This document shows positions 9,796 to 19,470 of a stretch of 64,000 nucleotides of DNA, piece after piece (the stretch's first letter is position 1; the number at the start of each line of letters is the position of its first letter). A program made the translations under genes and the position numbers. The notes below the pieces were generated by a model. It did not search any database, had not been told where the DNA came from, and was given only the letters and a program-made list of their open reading frames with translations. This stretch comes from Synergistales bacterium (GTDB lineage Bacteria; Synergistota; Synergistia; Synergistales; JAFGMB01), in contig OY762654.1 of NCBI GenBank assembly GCA_963666205.1, positions 1,664,001-1,728,000 on the forward strand, in the 5' to 3' direction.

Positions 9796-10787
9796 TTCCT
9801 GGAGCCGAACTTGTCGAGCATGGTTTTCAGAAGTCTTGCCATAGGCCCCTTCTGGCCGTCCAGAGGAGCCTCTCTGTCCTTTTCTTCAGGAACGGAGAGG
9901 ATTCTCTCCGTTATATCCTCCATTTTCTTTGCCAGAACACTTCTTGGATAAAGTTTGACCAGAGGACATCTTGCTTTTACAGCCCTCGAAACTCTCAGAT
10001 CATATGGAAGGTAACCAAGAAAGTTCAAGTGAAGATCAAGGAAATGCTCGCTAGTGCGGATAAGCCTTTCTGCTCCGAGAATGGCCTCCTGCCTTGAGAA
10101 GGCCATGTTGATGACGATGTAAATTTCCTTTTCTCCAAGCTGCTCCTTTGTATAGCAGTGGAAAAGGCTTTTGATCATGCCGTAGGCATCTTTCAGGGCA
10201 GTGGGTTCGGGAGTTGTAATAAGAACAATGGCATCGGCGGCCATTGAAAAATCCCGTACCGTGGAATTGATTCCCGCCCCTGTGTCTATAACTATTACAT
10301 CCACCATATCGTCCAGGGCCATTATTTCGGGCAGAAGTTCGGCTCTGGCCTGGGGGTCCATTTCTGCGAGCTCAGGTATGCCGCTCCCGCCAGGAACGAG
10401 CCATACCCTTTCCGAAACGGGAAGGGTTATTTCTCTGAGGGAAAGCTCTCCCCGGATCACGTGATTGAGATTAAGCCTTGTATCCAGCCCCAGAAGAACA
10501 TCCGCATTGGCAAGCCCCAGATCGGCATCTATAAGGGCGGTGGGTTTATTGAACTTTTCGCCTATGAGGAGAGCGAGATTCAGTGCAAAACTGCTTTTCC
10601 CAACGCCCCCCTTGCCGCTTATGACGGCTATGGACTTCTTCCCTTCCTGGCGGATCTGCTTATTTTTCAATGCTCCTTCGTAGAGAGCTTTCTGTAATTC
10701 CCTGAGCTGAAGGGATTCGAAACTGTAATCCTCTATGTTTGAGGAGGTATTGTTCCCTTTTGTAGAAATGATCTTGCCGAGCCTCAT
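9792..10787 (-). CDS. flhG: MinD-like ATPase FlhG/FleN
   Basis: SGKGGVGKS, DADLGLAN, DTGAG, TTPEPTALKDAY; follows flhF. Confidence 0.93.
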   Translation of the reverse strand: MRLGKIISTKGNNTSSNIEDYSFESLQLRELQKALYEGALKNKQIRQEGKKSIAVISGKGGVGKSSFALNLALLIGEKFNKPTALIDADLGLANADVLLGLDTRLNLNHVIRGELSLREITLPVSERVWLVPGGSGIPELAEMDPQARAELLPEIMALDDMVDVIVIDTGAGINSTVRDFSMAADAIVLITTPEPTALKDAYGMIKSLFHCYTKEQLGEKEIYIVINMAFSRQEAILGAERLIRTSEHFLDLHLNFLGYLPYDLRVSRAVKARCPLVKLYPRSVLAKKMEDITERILSVPEEKDREAPLDGQKGPMARLLKTMLDKFGSRK

Positions 10788-11995
10788 CTTTCTTCTCCCC
10801 TGCCGAAAATAGAATCCATAATGAACTCGGGGTCGGCGTAGTTTATATCCCGAGGTACGTTCTGTCCAGTAGTGACGAAGGAAAGCGGGAGGTTAAAGGT
10901 CAGAGGCAGAGCCAACAGGCATCCAAGACCCAGGGTTTCGTCGGCTTTTGTCAGAAGCAGCCTGGAAATTGGGACAGCTCCCCCTGTTTTTTCAATGGCA
11001 ACCCTGACATCACCTGGTCTGGAAGTGGCCGATACCGCCATGTGAACAGCCTGGGGGGAGAAGTTTTTATATATGTTCTCTACCTGTCCGATACGGTCTT
11101 TTTCCCTGAAACCATGTCCAGCCGTGTCCATAAGGATAAGGGTGTCCTCCGAATATTTTTTCAGCAGTTCAGGTATCTCCGCACCATCGTTAACGGCTTC
11201 CAGGGGGATGTGAAGGACTCTTGCGAATGTCCTGATCTGATCCACTGCAGATACACGGTAGTTATCTGAAGTGAAGAGGGCCACATCCCTTCCTTCCTGA
11301 ACGGCTATAGCAGCTATTTTGGCTATTGTAGTGGTCTTGCCCACTCCCGTGGGACCAACTATCATTACCCTGTTTCCTCCCAGAGCACTGGTGAGCATGT
11401 CCTTTCCGGGAGCAAAACATAGCCCTTTACATCGCATTTTCAGCCACTTCCGGAAAGAAAGTCCACTTTCAGAGGAGTCACAGAATTCGTTCCATAGCAT
11501 CTCAGCATGATCTTCAGGAAGGTCGCTTTTCAGCAATACTTCCAAAGCCAGGGCCTTTTCAGAGAATTTTCCTTGTCCTTCTGTCCCGGTTTTTCCCATC
11601 TCAGGTATTGGTTCAACAGGATTGGAAGCAGGGTGGACTTTGATATCCACAGTGTCTTCCATTCCCTCAATGAGACGCTCCTGAAGGTTTTTTGTATCCT
11701 CTTTCTGAACCAGGTTCTTTTTGTATTCCAGCAGGGCCTTGAAGACCTCCATCTGCCTCTTTTCGAGTTCGGGATCCCGTTCTTCCACCGTGGGTTTCTT
11801 TTCATCCTCCAGGATGCCCGCTCTTACGACCAGTTCCTTCTTCCTGAAAAAGGGGAAGAACGAAGGAGCTCTAACGGTTTGTATGGAAAGGATAATTCCG
11901 TCGGATCCAAGCTTCTCCCTTACCCGCTGAAAGGCTTCATTCTCGGTTTTTGCACGGAATTCTATTTCTTTAATCAGCCTCAATGGTACCATCAC
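10784..11995 (-). CDS. flhF: SRP-type GTPase FlhF
   Basis: GPTGVGKTTTIAK, DTAG, TKADET, TTGQNVP. Confidence 0.93.
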   Translation of the reverse strand: MMVPLRLIKEIEFRAKTENEAFQRVREKLGSDGIILSIQTVRAPSFFPFFRKKELVVRAGILEDEKKPTVEERDPELEKRQMEVFKALLEYKKNLVQKEDTKNLQERLIEGMEDTVDIKVHPASNPVEPIPEMGKTGTEGQGKFSEKALALEVLLKSDLPEDHAEMLWNEFCDSSESGLSFRKWLKMRCKGLCFAPGKDMLTSALGGNRVMIVGPTGVGKTTTIAKIAAIAVQEGRDVALFTSDNYRVSAVDQIRTFARVLHIPLEAVNDGAEIPELLKKYSEDTLILMDTAGHGFREKDRIGQVENIYKNFSPQAVHMAVSATSRPGDVRVAIEKTGGAVPISRLLLTKADETLGLGCLLALPLTFNLPLSFVTTGQNVPRDINYADPEFIMDSIFGRGEER

Positions 11996-12097
11996 CTTCT
12001 CCTGTCTGATCCCGGGTATCAGAATTCTATTTGGTAAATATCTTATCTTATATGATGGAGAATCTTTATGAGTCTCAATCCTCTTTTCTTTGATAAT

Positions 12098-12434
12098 TCA
12101 AGTGTAAGTAACCTTTGAAGGTTTTTTGTTGAGTAAGGAACCAGACGTTTTGAATCTCACTTTGGTGGGACCGCATATCTCTTAAATAGGCCCGATCATC
12201 AGATAACTATCCGGGTCAAGCCAGTTAAAGAAGTCTTTATAAAGCCTGGACTTCGCCTCTGATGGAAAGTAGATAACCACGTTTTTGCAAGTCCTCTGGA
12301 GAAGTTAATGGTATTCCCTGTAATTGGAGATGTTCCAAGTATTCATAAGGGAATGAATGGGAAGATGGATCTGGTATTTGTAAATTTCCAGAGCCACTCC
12401 AGTAAGGAGGCAAAATCCTTTTTGGATTCTTCAT
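12098..12434 (-). pseudogene. cheR: CheR methyltransferase remnant
   Basis: Unannotated frame reads CKNVVIYFPSEAKSRLYKDFFNWLDPDSYLMIGPI*EICGP...KKP, matching the CheR C-terminal CRNVxIYF...LxPGGYLxxG pattern. In-frame TAA at 12182-12184; upstream part is frameshifted and mostly deleted. Confidence 0.8.
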
Positions 12435-12485
12435 ATCCGCCAGTCGGGTATATTTTCTGACTCACGAAAAATTTCCAGCATGTTT

Positions 12486-13178
12486 CTAGGAAGAGACCCC
12501 GTAGGTTATTACCTGTTCCCTGTTGCAATGACCGACGAGTTCTGTAATCCTGATCCCGAAATTTTCATCTATTACAACCACTTCGCCTTTGAGGATTAGT
12601 TTGCTGTTGGCAAGGACCTCGACCGGCTCTCCCACCAGCTTATCCAGCTCCACCACGGTTCCCTGTTCAAGGGAAAGGATCTCGCCGATGGTCATCTGGG
12701 TTCTTCCAAGAACCACTGATATCTTCACGGGTATATCCATGAGCAGGTTTATCCCCACTCCATCCATGGTCGAAGAGAATTGGGGTGTTTCCATATTGCC
12801 GATCTGGGGAAAGCTTGCTGGTTTTGCCTGAAGCTTTTCTACAGGAGAAGATGATAGGGGTTTCAAATTGGAGCCTGAAGAGGATTTCACACCTGTAGTT
12901 GTTTCATCGAGAGATGAATAACTCTCGCCTTGGCAGCATGATTCGATCCCCATCCTCTCAAGGTCTGGAATTTCAGGGATGCTTTCCGCGAGGACGTCCA
13001 ATCCTTCAAGTCCCCTGGTAATGGCATCGGCCTCCTCGGGGCTTATTCCCGAATAATCAGATTTTTCAGGAGTTTCGGACTTTCTAGGTTTCTCCTCCTG
13101 GGAAAGGACGGTTTCTTCAGAACCTGTCTGATTTTCAAACGTGGGTTGTCCATCCTTTATTGTTTTCTCTTCGGACAT
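12486..13178 (-). CDS. fliN: Flagellar motor switch protein FliN with long low-complexity N-terminus
   Basis: LLMDIPVKISVVLGRT...GEPVEV...GEVVVIDENFGIRITE. Confidence 0.92.
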   Translation of the reverse strand: MSEEKTIKDGQPTFENQTGSEETVLSQEEKPRKSETPEKSDYSGISPEEADAITRGLEGLDVLAESIPEIPDLERMGIESCCQGESYSSLDETTTGVKSSSGSNLKPLSSSPVEKLQAKPASFPQIGNMETPQFSSTMDGVGINLLMDIPVKISVVLGRTQMTIGEILSLEQGTVVELDKLVGEPVEVLANSKLILKGEVVVIDENFGIRITELVGHCNREQVITYGVSS

Positions 13179-13239
13179 GATAAAGGGTAACTGCCTGCCG
13201 GCAATTCACCCTCACCTCCTTCTGTCAGCCTTTTTTCTT

Positions 13240-14007
13240 CTAGGACCCGAAGGTCTCGATCATCTTTCTTGCGGATTCAGAACCGCATTCGAAAGCCTTT
13301 GAGGCAGCTTCATAAGCCCGGCTAGCTTCGATCATTCTCGTCATTTCTTCCACAATATTTACATTTGAGCCTTCCAGAGCTCCAGCAAACAGGTTCACAT
13401 CTTCCCCGTCAACTTCTTCAGGAGAGCCGGAGAGGCTTGTCTCGGAAAGGAGGGTACTTCCCCTTCTCATTAGGTAGGAGGGTGATGCAAAACGGTACAG
13501 GGATATTTTGCCTATTTCCGCTCCATCCGCCAGGACTGACCCGTCAGATCCTATCTCTATGGCCGAAGCTTCTCCGGGGGTTATGGGACCGCCCTCTCCC
13601 ATAATGGTCATGCCCGTGGATGTTACCAGGTTACCTTCTGAGTCCAGAGAGAAGTTTCCTGCCCGGGTATAGTAATTGTTATGGCCGTCGGAGACATGGA
13701 AATAACCATCACCACTTATGGCACAATCCAGGGGATTTCCTGTTTCCACTATTGTGCCGGGTTCAGTGTTAACTGCCGTTTCGGAGAGTACTACCCCCAA
13801 CCCGGCAACATCTACTGTTTTTTCAGAGATGCCTCCTGAACCGTTACTTTCCTTTCGAAAAAGTTGGACTTCCGGAAATGTTTTTGCCACAGCCAGACTT
13901 TTGGAAAAACCCGAGGTACTGGCATTGGCAAGGTTATTGGATGCCACATCCACTGCTTTTTCCTGAACCAGCATGGCTGCAATACTTCCATAAATTCCTC
14001 GAAACAA
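13240..14007 (-). CDS. flgF: Flagellar rod protein FlgF/FlgG family
   Basis: SNNLANASTSGF, TGNPLDCAISGDGYF, YTRAGNF, LEGSNVNIVEEM. Confidence 0.85.
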   Translation of the reverse strand: MFRGIYGSIAAMLVQEKAVDVASNNLANASTSGFSKSLAVAKTFPEVQLFRKESNGSGGISEKTVDVAGLGVVLSETAVNTEPGTIVETGNPLDCAISGDGYFHVSDGHNNYYTRAGNFSLDSEGNLVTSTGMTIMGEGGPITPGEASAIEIGSDGSVLADGAEIGKISLYRFASPSYLMRRGSTLLSETSLSGSPEEVDGEDVNLFAGALEGSNVNIVEEMTRMIEASRAYEAASKAFECGSESARKMIETFGS

Positions 14008-14019
14008 GTGATCAGCCCC

Positions 14020-14439
14020 CTATCCCTTAAGGAGGTCTGTGGCTGCTTCCCACATGGATCTGGCCGACTGGACAACCTCCAGGTTAGCCTCGTAGGCACG
14101 GCTGGCTGCCATCATGTCAGCCATTTCCCTGACCACTGAGACGTTGGGGTATGCCACGTATCCCTCTTCGTTTGCATCGGGGTGGCCCGGGTCGTATTCC
14201 ATACGGGAAGGGGAATCATCCAACTCGATTTCCTTGATCACAACTCCCGCGGATCTTCCTCCATCTCCCATGGCTTCCACCAGTTTCTCTTCAAAGACAG
14301 GGATTTTCCGCTGATAAGGGCCGCCATCTTCTGTTCGGGTGGAGTTTACGTTGGCCAGATTTTCCGCAATAGTGTCCATCATGACTCTGTGTGCTGTAAG
14401 GGAGCTGCCTGCTATGTCCATATTCTTGAAAACTCGCAT
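14020..14439 (-). CDS. flgC: Flagellar rod protein FlgC
   Basis: AENLANVNSTR, YDPGHPDA, ASRAYEAN. Confidence 0.96.
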   Translation of the reverse strand: MRVFKNMDIAGSSLTAHRVMMDTIAENLANVNSTRTEDGGPYQRKIPVFEEKLVEAMGDGGRSAGVVIKEIELDDSPSRMEYDPGHPDANEEGYVAYPNVSVVREMADMMAASRAYEANLEVVQSARSMWEAATDLLKG

Positions 14440-14440
14440 T

Positions 14441-14854
14441 TTACTTGCCTCCCATTGCTGTTTTTATCATATCGGCCCGCTTTGCCATCATTCTCAGGAT
14501 GCCGTTGTAGGCCATCTTTGTTTCTGCCATCTTTGCCATTTCGATCTCAGGGTCCACGTTGTTCCCGTCAAGGCGATAAATCCCTTCATCGTTGGTTATT
14601 TCCCTGACCTGGAAAACCTCAATTCCCTTTTCCTGGGTATTTGTGCCAAGGTGTTTCTCATCGGTGGTCTTAAGAGCCAGCTTTTGCGAAGAGCCATTTT
14701 TTTCAAGGGCTGACCGGAGATTATCTTCGAAGGGAACTTCCTTTTTTTTATAGGCAGGGGTGTTTACGTTGGCCAGATTTTCAGCCACTGCCCCGAACCT
14801 CCTGGCAAGGGCGGAAGCTCCCAGTTTGCCTGCCATCCATGTTTTGTCATTCAT
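14441..14854 (-). CDS. flgB: Flagellar rod protein FlgB
   Basis: ENLANVNTPAYK, RLDGNNVDPEIEM. Confidence 0.94.
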   Translation of the reverse strand: MNDKTWMAGKLGASALARRFGAVAENLANVNTPAYKKKEVPFEDNLRSALEKNGSSQKLALKTTDEKHLGTNTQEKGIEVFQVREITNDEGIYRLDGNNVDPEIEMAKMAETKMAYNGILRMMAKRADMIKTAMGGK

Positions 14855-14930
14855 CGGACCCGTTCACCCTCTCTTCAAGGTGCTTGTATTATTTCTGAAC
14901 AGATTTTTTCTTGAATTATCTTATGTTCTT

Positions 14931-15545
14931 CTAAGTCTTTTCGGTTTTTATCCTTGCAAACCTTACAAGTTTTGCTGCGGATTCGGGATTCATTTTTCCC
15001 AGAACCTGGGATCTCTGCTCCGGATCCATAACTTCCAGCAGAGAGGCGGCTTCCTCCAGTGGAAGAAGAGAGATTATCCTGGCTGCCTTTGAAGAAGGCA
15101 TCTCTGCAAAACTTTCGGAAATCAGACCGAAGAAGACTGGAGCCTCCTCGCTTTGTGTCTTTTTTCCCTTGATCTTATCAGGGGTTGCAGCCTTTTCATC
15201 AAGGAGGGTCTTGCTGGTCCTGATCTTGTTCTTCTCCTTTTCGAGGCTGGCTCTTTCTTCTTCCAGGGCCTTGCTCTTTTCCAGGAGATATTTCTCCTTC
15301 TCCTCAAGTTCCAGGAGACGGCGTTCGTAGGCAGTTACAGGGGGTGATATTTTTTCTAGGAGGGGATAGACTTTCCTGCCGATGAGGGGTACTCTCTCTA
15401 CCCATGGCACTATCCTGTCAGCGATCATATACATACCGCCACCCATATAAAGTCCCGCAATTATGCCTGTTAAAAGGACCAGAAGGAGCAAAAAGATCTT
15501 GAAGAATTTCAAGGTATTTCCTAATCTACCAATGCTGGTTTCCAT
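14931..15545 (-). CDS. MotE/FlbB-like flagellar protein (TM, coiled coil, MgtE-N-like repeats)
   Basis: MPSSKAARII...MDPEQRSQVLGKMNPESAAKL. Confidence 0.75.
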   Translation of the reverse strand: METSIGRLGNTLKFFKIFLLLLVLLTGIIAGLYMGGGMYMIADRIVPWVERVPLIGRKVYPLLEKISPPVTAYERRLLELEEKEKYLLEKSKALEEERASLEKEKNKIRTSKTLLDEKAATPDKIKGKKTQSEEAPVFFGLISESFAEMPSSKAARIISLLPLEEAASLLEVMDPEQRSQVLGKMNPESAAKLVRFARIKTEKT

Positions 15546-15563
15546 TTTCTTCTCCTTGTCCCG

Positions 15564-15932
15564 TCAGTAGATCTCGTTACGGGAAATTTTGCAGAGGTAA
15601 TTCTTGTCCGTGCTCAGATAAATTTCAAGTATGGTTCCGTCCTGATCGTTTTCGCTGAAGCAGTTTATCCAGTCGGCAGGAATGAAGCTGCCGTCCAGCA
15701 TGATGTCCCGGGCCCTTTCGAATGTCCTGCATACGAAGGTTCCAAGGTTAACCTGGGGTTCTCCGTCCAGAGAGAAGGCCATTTTTATCCTTTCCCTTTC
15801 CTCTTCTTCTTCTTCTCTCTCCTCCTCTGCAAGAAAGGAGGAACTTCGGTAGGGAGCGGGGATCTCAACCATCCTGCAGGAGCATGACTCTATTTCAAAG
15901 ATCTGAAGGACATAGCATCTCTCCATATACAC
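15564..15932 (-). CDS. Hypothetical protein with Glu-rich tract
   Basis: 122-aa ORF with GGAGG RBS, co-oriented with neighbours. Confidence 0.6.
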   Translation of the reverse strand: MYMERCYVLQIFEIESCSCRMVEIPAPYRSSSFLAEEEREEEEEERERIKMAFSLDGEPQVNLGTFVCRTFERARDIMLDGSFIPADWINCFSENDQDGTILEIYLSTDKNYLCKISRNEIY

Positions 15933-15942
15933 TGGGACCTCC

Positions 15943-16647
15943 CTAAAAGACTTTCCAGGTCCGTTCTCCTATGTCCTGGTTGTGTACAAGCTCTGCTGAA
16001 AAGGAACTGTATTTTTTCAGCAGGTTATGGTTGAGACCTTCAAGAGCATCCAGATCTGGTCTGTAAGGATCGATCTGAAGGAAGATCCTGGTCATCTCTT
16101 CTATTGTTCCCTGTGGTTTTCGATCTATTTGCCAGAAATACTTTGCCTCTGCAATTGTAAGGGCTACCTGAAGGGTATGAGAGAGACCCGCCCTGATCCG
16201 GCCTTCAGGAAATGAACGGCCGATGAGATCGAGTTTTTTCTCCATTTCCTTTCTACTTTCCTCGGGACATCTGTCCTTCATAAGGGCATCGGCGAACCAG
16301 AGCCTTGACACACAGAAAATCGGCCATATCTGGTTTTCGAATACACTTTCCGGCATTGCTTCCGGTCCCTCAACTACAATAGCAGAAAAGAGTGGGTGAA
16401 CCCTTTCCGCCAGGAATGCGAGGCAGAGGCATCTTATAAATTGGGAGTTATTTCGGTTTTCCCCTTCCGGTAAGAAGAATATGTGCTTTTTCCCTTCAGG
16501 ATCACAGGAGGCTTCAAAGAGATCACCGTCAGTTTTACATATCTCCAGTGGCCATTTCAGTTCTTTTTGCAGTTTTCTGATAGCTTTATCCAAAATTGTT
16601 GCACCTCTTTTCTTAGTAAAGGGGACTCCCTTTTCTAGAATCGGCAA
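15943..16647 (-). CDS. Hypothetical protein
   Basis: 234-aa ORF divergent from motA; start uncertain. Confidence 0.65.
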   Translation of the reverse strand: MPILEKGVPFTKKRGATILDKAIRKLQKELKWPLEICKTDGDLFEASCDPEGKKHIFFLPEGENRNNSQFIRCLCLAFLAERVHPLFSAIVVEGPEAMPESVFENQIWPIFCVSRLWFADALMKDRCPEESRKEMEKKLDLIGRSFPEGRIRAGLSHTLQVALTIAEAKYFWQIDRKPQGTIEEMTRIFLQIDPYRPDLDALEGLNHNLLKKYSSFSAELVHNQDIGERTWKVF

Positions 16648-16769
16648 TCTGCGGACGGAAAAATAGGGGGTTTTTCCAAATTTTTACTTTTTTCCAGGGG
16701 TCCCGGCTAACATACTTAAAAAGAGGTCTTTAATCACTTGTTTCACCTCAGGAGAGAGGAGGTCCATGG

Positions 16770-17606
16770 ATGGACATATTGGCAATGTCAAGTCTTCTTG
16801 CTACATTAGCCCTGGTAGTGGGGAGTATTATACTTGGAGGTTCCCCAGGAGCGTTTTTTAATTTGCCTTCCATATTCATCGTTGTGGGCGGAACCATGGG
16901 TGCTATTGGTCTGGCAACGCCCATGAAAGAACTTATGATGCTCCCTCACACTCTTAAGAAGGTCTTTGCTCGAGAGGAGAACCTGGATATCTCACATGTG
17001 ATCCGCATAATGATGTCCATGGCAAAGAAGGCAAGATCCGAAGGGCTTCTTGCTCTTGAAGAGGAACTGGAAAAGATTGATGACGGTTTCATACTTAAAT
17101 CAGCCCAGCTTGTTATAGATGGGACTCCTCCGGAACTTGTAAAATCCATCATGGATGTAGAAATAGATCTTATGGAAAGACGTTACGATGAGTCCAAAAA
17201 AGTATTTGACCTCATGGCTGATCTTGCACCAGCCTTTGGAATGATGGGGACCCTGATAGGATTGATCCAGATGCTGAGAAACCTGGATACTCCCGAAGCC
17301 CTGGGGCCAGGGATGGCTGTGGCCCTGATAACTACCTTCTATGGAACATTCATCTCCAATGTATTCGCCATACCTATTTCTAAAAAACTGGTAACCAGAA
17401 AGGTCAATGCTACCAAAGGAATGGAGATTGTAATGGAAGGTATCCTGTCTATACAGGCCGGTGATAATCCCAGACTGATAGAGGAGAAATTGAAGATTTT
17501 CCTTTCACCTCAGGAGAGATTAAGGTTGGATGAACCGGAAAACCGATCCTCAGAGAGAAACATAACGGGGGTGAATGTATCGGAGGAACCCGTCGTTCAG
17601 TCGTAA
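16770..17606 (+). CDS. motA: Flagellar stator MotA/PomA
   Basis: KARSEGLLALE, APAFGMMGTLIGLIQML, GMAVALITTFYG, GDNPR. Confidence 0.95.
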   Translation: MDILAMSSLLATLALVVGSIILGGSPGAFFNLPSIFIVVGGTMGAIGLATPMKELMMLPHTLKKVFAREENLDISHVIRIMMSMAKKARSEGLLALEEELEKIDDGFILKSAQLVIDGTPPELVKSIMDVEIDLMERRYDESKKVFDLMADLAPAFGMMGTLIGLIQMLRNLDTPEALGPGMAVALITTFYGTFISNVFAIPISKKLVTRKVNATKGMEIVMEGILSIQAGDNPRLIEEKLKIFLSPQERLRLDEPENRSSERNITGVNVSEEPVVQS

Positions 17607-17611
17607 AGTCA

Positions 17612-19435
17612 TTATCGGGGAAAGGGCAGAAAACCGTTCCAGAAGGGGATACGGCCCTCCATTACTGTGTTCGCGAACCTTCCTGTAATGAAAAGTCCTG
17701 AGGCCTTGGGATTCCCGGGCAGTTCCAGGGATGGCTTAAATGCTATCCTAAAATTAAGTGACAGACATGGTCTTAAGTCAGGTATCTGATCTCTTGAAAG
17801 AATCATCCTTCCGCCTGTGGCCTCTGAGAGCCTTAATTGATAAAGATCTGGAATTACCTTGTCAGCCAGAAGATGGATCACAATGCCGTTGGAGAGGGCA
17901 TATCCTCCGAAGAGGGTTAGGGAAGCCAGATCCTGGGGAATGTTACCAGGATCAAGTAAAAGCTGCACTGCAGGTCCTCTAATGAATTCCTCGTCTGCGG
18001 GATCGGGAAGGCTGGGTTTTTCAATGGGAGCACTATCATAAGTTATCTCAGTTTCTACAACATCGATGAGGTTCCCTCCAAGTATTCCCTGGAATATCCT
18101 TTCATCAGTTCCTGATGGTCTGCCCAGAGGATGAATCAGCCTTGCTTCCACTATCCAGTTCTGGCGATTCCCTCTCTTTGCAGAAACAGGCCGGGGATAT
18201 TTCAGGGCCAGAAAACCTTTTTCAGCTTTTGTAATTATATTGCTGCACCTGTAAAGACGGGTGTCAGTTACTAAAACCTCCCCCTGACCGTTGCTGAAGA
18301 GAAACCACGCCTCGGGAAATGCCCCTCCGATACGAGAGCTTCGTTCATCCTTCAGGGATAATTCGAATAATTCCCTTTCCTCGGTAAGTACAAGAAGTTT
18401 TTCCGAATTGAGCCATTCAACCGATCGGGGATGTCCTGTAATATTAAAATTAGTAATTTCTTTACCTTTTTGAATATCCAGGATGAAAACCCTGTTTCCC
18501 ATCCTGTCCGCGACTGCGAGCAGTGGACCAAGAGATGCCAGGGATACAGGTTCGAAGCCTGATGAGGAAGGGTGCCATGAGTAGAGGGTCTTTCCGTCGG
18601 AGATGTTCACTACGAAGATCCTGCCCATTATCCTTTCGGCCAGGACAATGCGCCCAGCTCCGGCAAAGGATGCATCTGATATTGAACGGGCTTGGGTATT
18701 TCCCCTGAGTATTTCTGAAAAAACCTTACGGTTGAAACTTCCCCGAAGGAAGGTACCATCGGAGAATACCAGAACCAGACTATCTCCCCCTGTCGGAAGT
18801 GCCCGCACTATCTGGCCTCCGGCTTTACCGGAATAATATCTGCTCCACCCTTTTTCGTTTTTCTTGTAAACCCAGACCTTTTGGTTCATGGTATCGCAGA
18901 GTGTAAGGATATTTCCCATGAGAGACGGGCGGCCCGGCATGGAAAAGGAGGATCCCCAGAAAATGTCCAGGTCGAATTTATCCCTGAAATTGCCTGGACC
19001 TGACATTTTAGTACTGCTGCTTATTCCTGAAGAAAGGCTTTTCTCAAGATAAACACTTCTATCTTCAATTTCCTTGAGAAAACCGATGGCGAAAGGGTCA
19101 TCAGGCTTTACTTCAAGGTAGAGTTCCAGGTTCCGCCTGGTTTCGGCATAATCGCCAAGAAGTGAAAAACAGTAACCTCTCAGGAGGTAGTATGAAACCA
19201 GGTAGGGATCATACCTAAGGGTCTCCTCAAGTTCTTCAAGGGCATTGCCTACCTTCCCCTCCAGAGCCTTCTGATAGGCGGAGGCGAAGATGGCTTCGCC
19301 GTACATATGTTCCGCTGTTGGGAGAAAGATACGGGGTTCAGATGCATTTACAAAGGCAGGAATCACAATAATGGTTCCTACCAGGAGATACAATATGAAC
19401 TTATTCACCCTTTTCAAAACAATTCCCCCGTTCAT
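17612..19435 (-). CDS. Exported TPR plus NHL/beta-propeller-like protein
   Basis: Signal/TM region, TPR-like YLLRGYCFSLLGDY..YLEVKPDD, propeller-like LAVADRMGNRVFILD. Confidence 0.7.
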   Translation of the reverse strand: MNGGIVLKRVNKFILYLLVGTIIVIPAFVNASEPRIFLPTAEHMYGEAIFASAYQKALEGKVGNALEELEETLRYDPYLVSYYLLRGYCFSLLGDYAETRRNLELYLEVKPDDPFAIGFLKEIEDRSVYLEKSLSSGISSSTKMSGPGNFRDKFDLDIFWGSSFSMPGRPSLMGNILTLCDTMNQKVWVYKKNEKGWSRYYSGKAGGQIVRALPTGGDSLVLVFSDGTFLRGSFNRKVFSEILRGNTQARSISDASFAGAGRIVLAERIMGRIFVVNISDGKTLYSWHPSSSGFEPVSLASLGPLLAVADRMGNRVFILDIQKGKEITNFNITGHPRSVEWLNSEKLLVLTEERELFELSLKDERSSRIGGAFPEAWFLFSNGQGEVLVTDTRLYRCSNIITKAEKGFLALKYPRPVSAKRGNRQNWIVEARLIHPLGRPSGTDERIFQGILGGNLIDVVETEITYDSAPIEKPSLPDPADEEFIRGPAVQLLLDPGNIPQDLASLTLFGGYALSNGIVIHLLADKVIPDLYQLRLSEATGGRMILSRDQIPDLRPCLSLNFRIAFKPSLELPGNPKASGLFITGRFANTVMEGRIPFWNGFLPFPR

Positions 19436-19470
19436 TACCTTAAGCTTGTTTTCTTCGGCAAACCATACTA

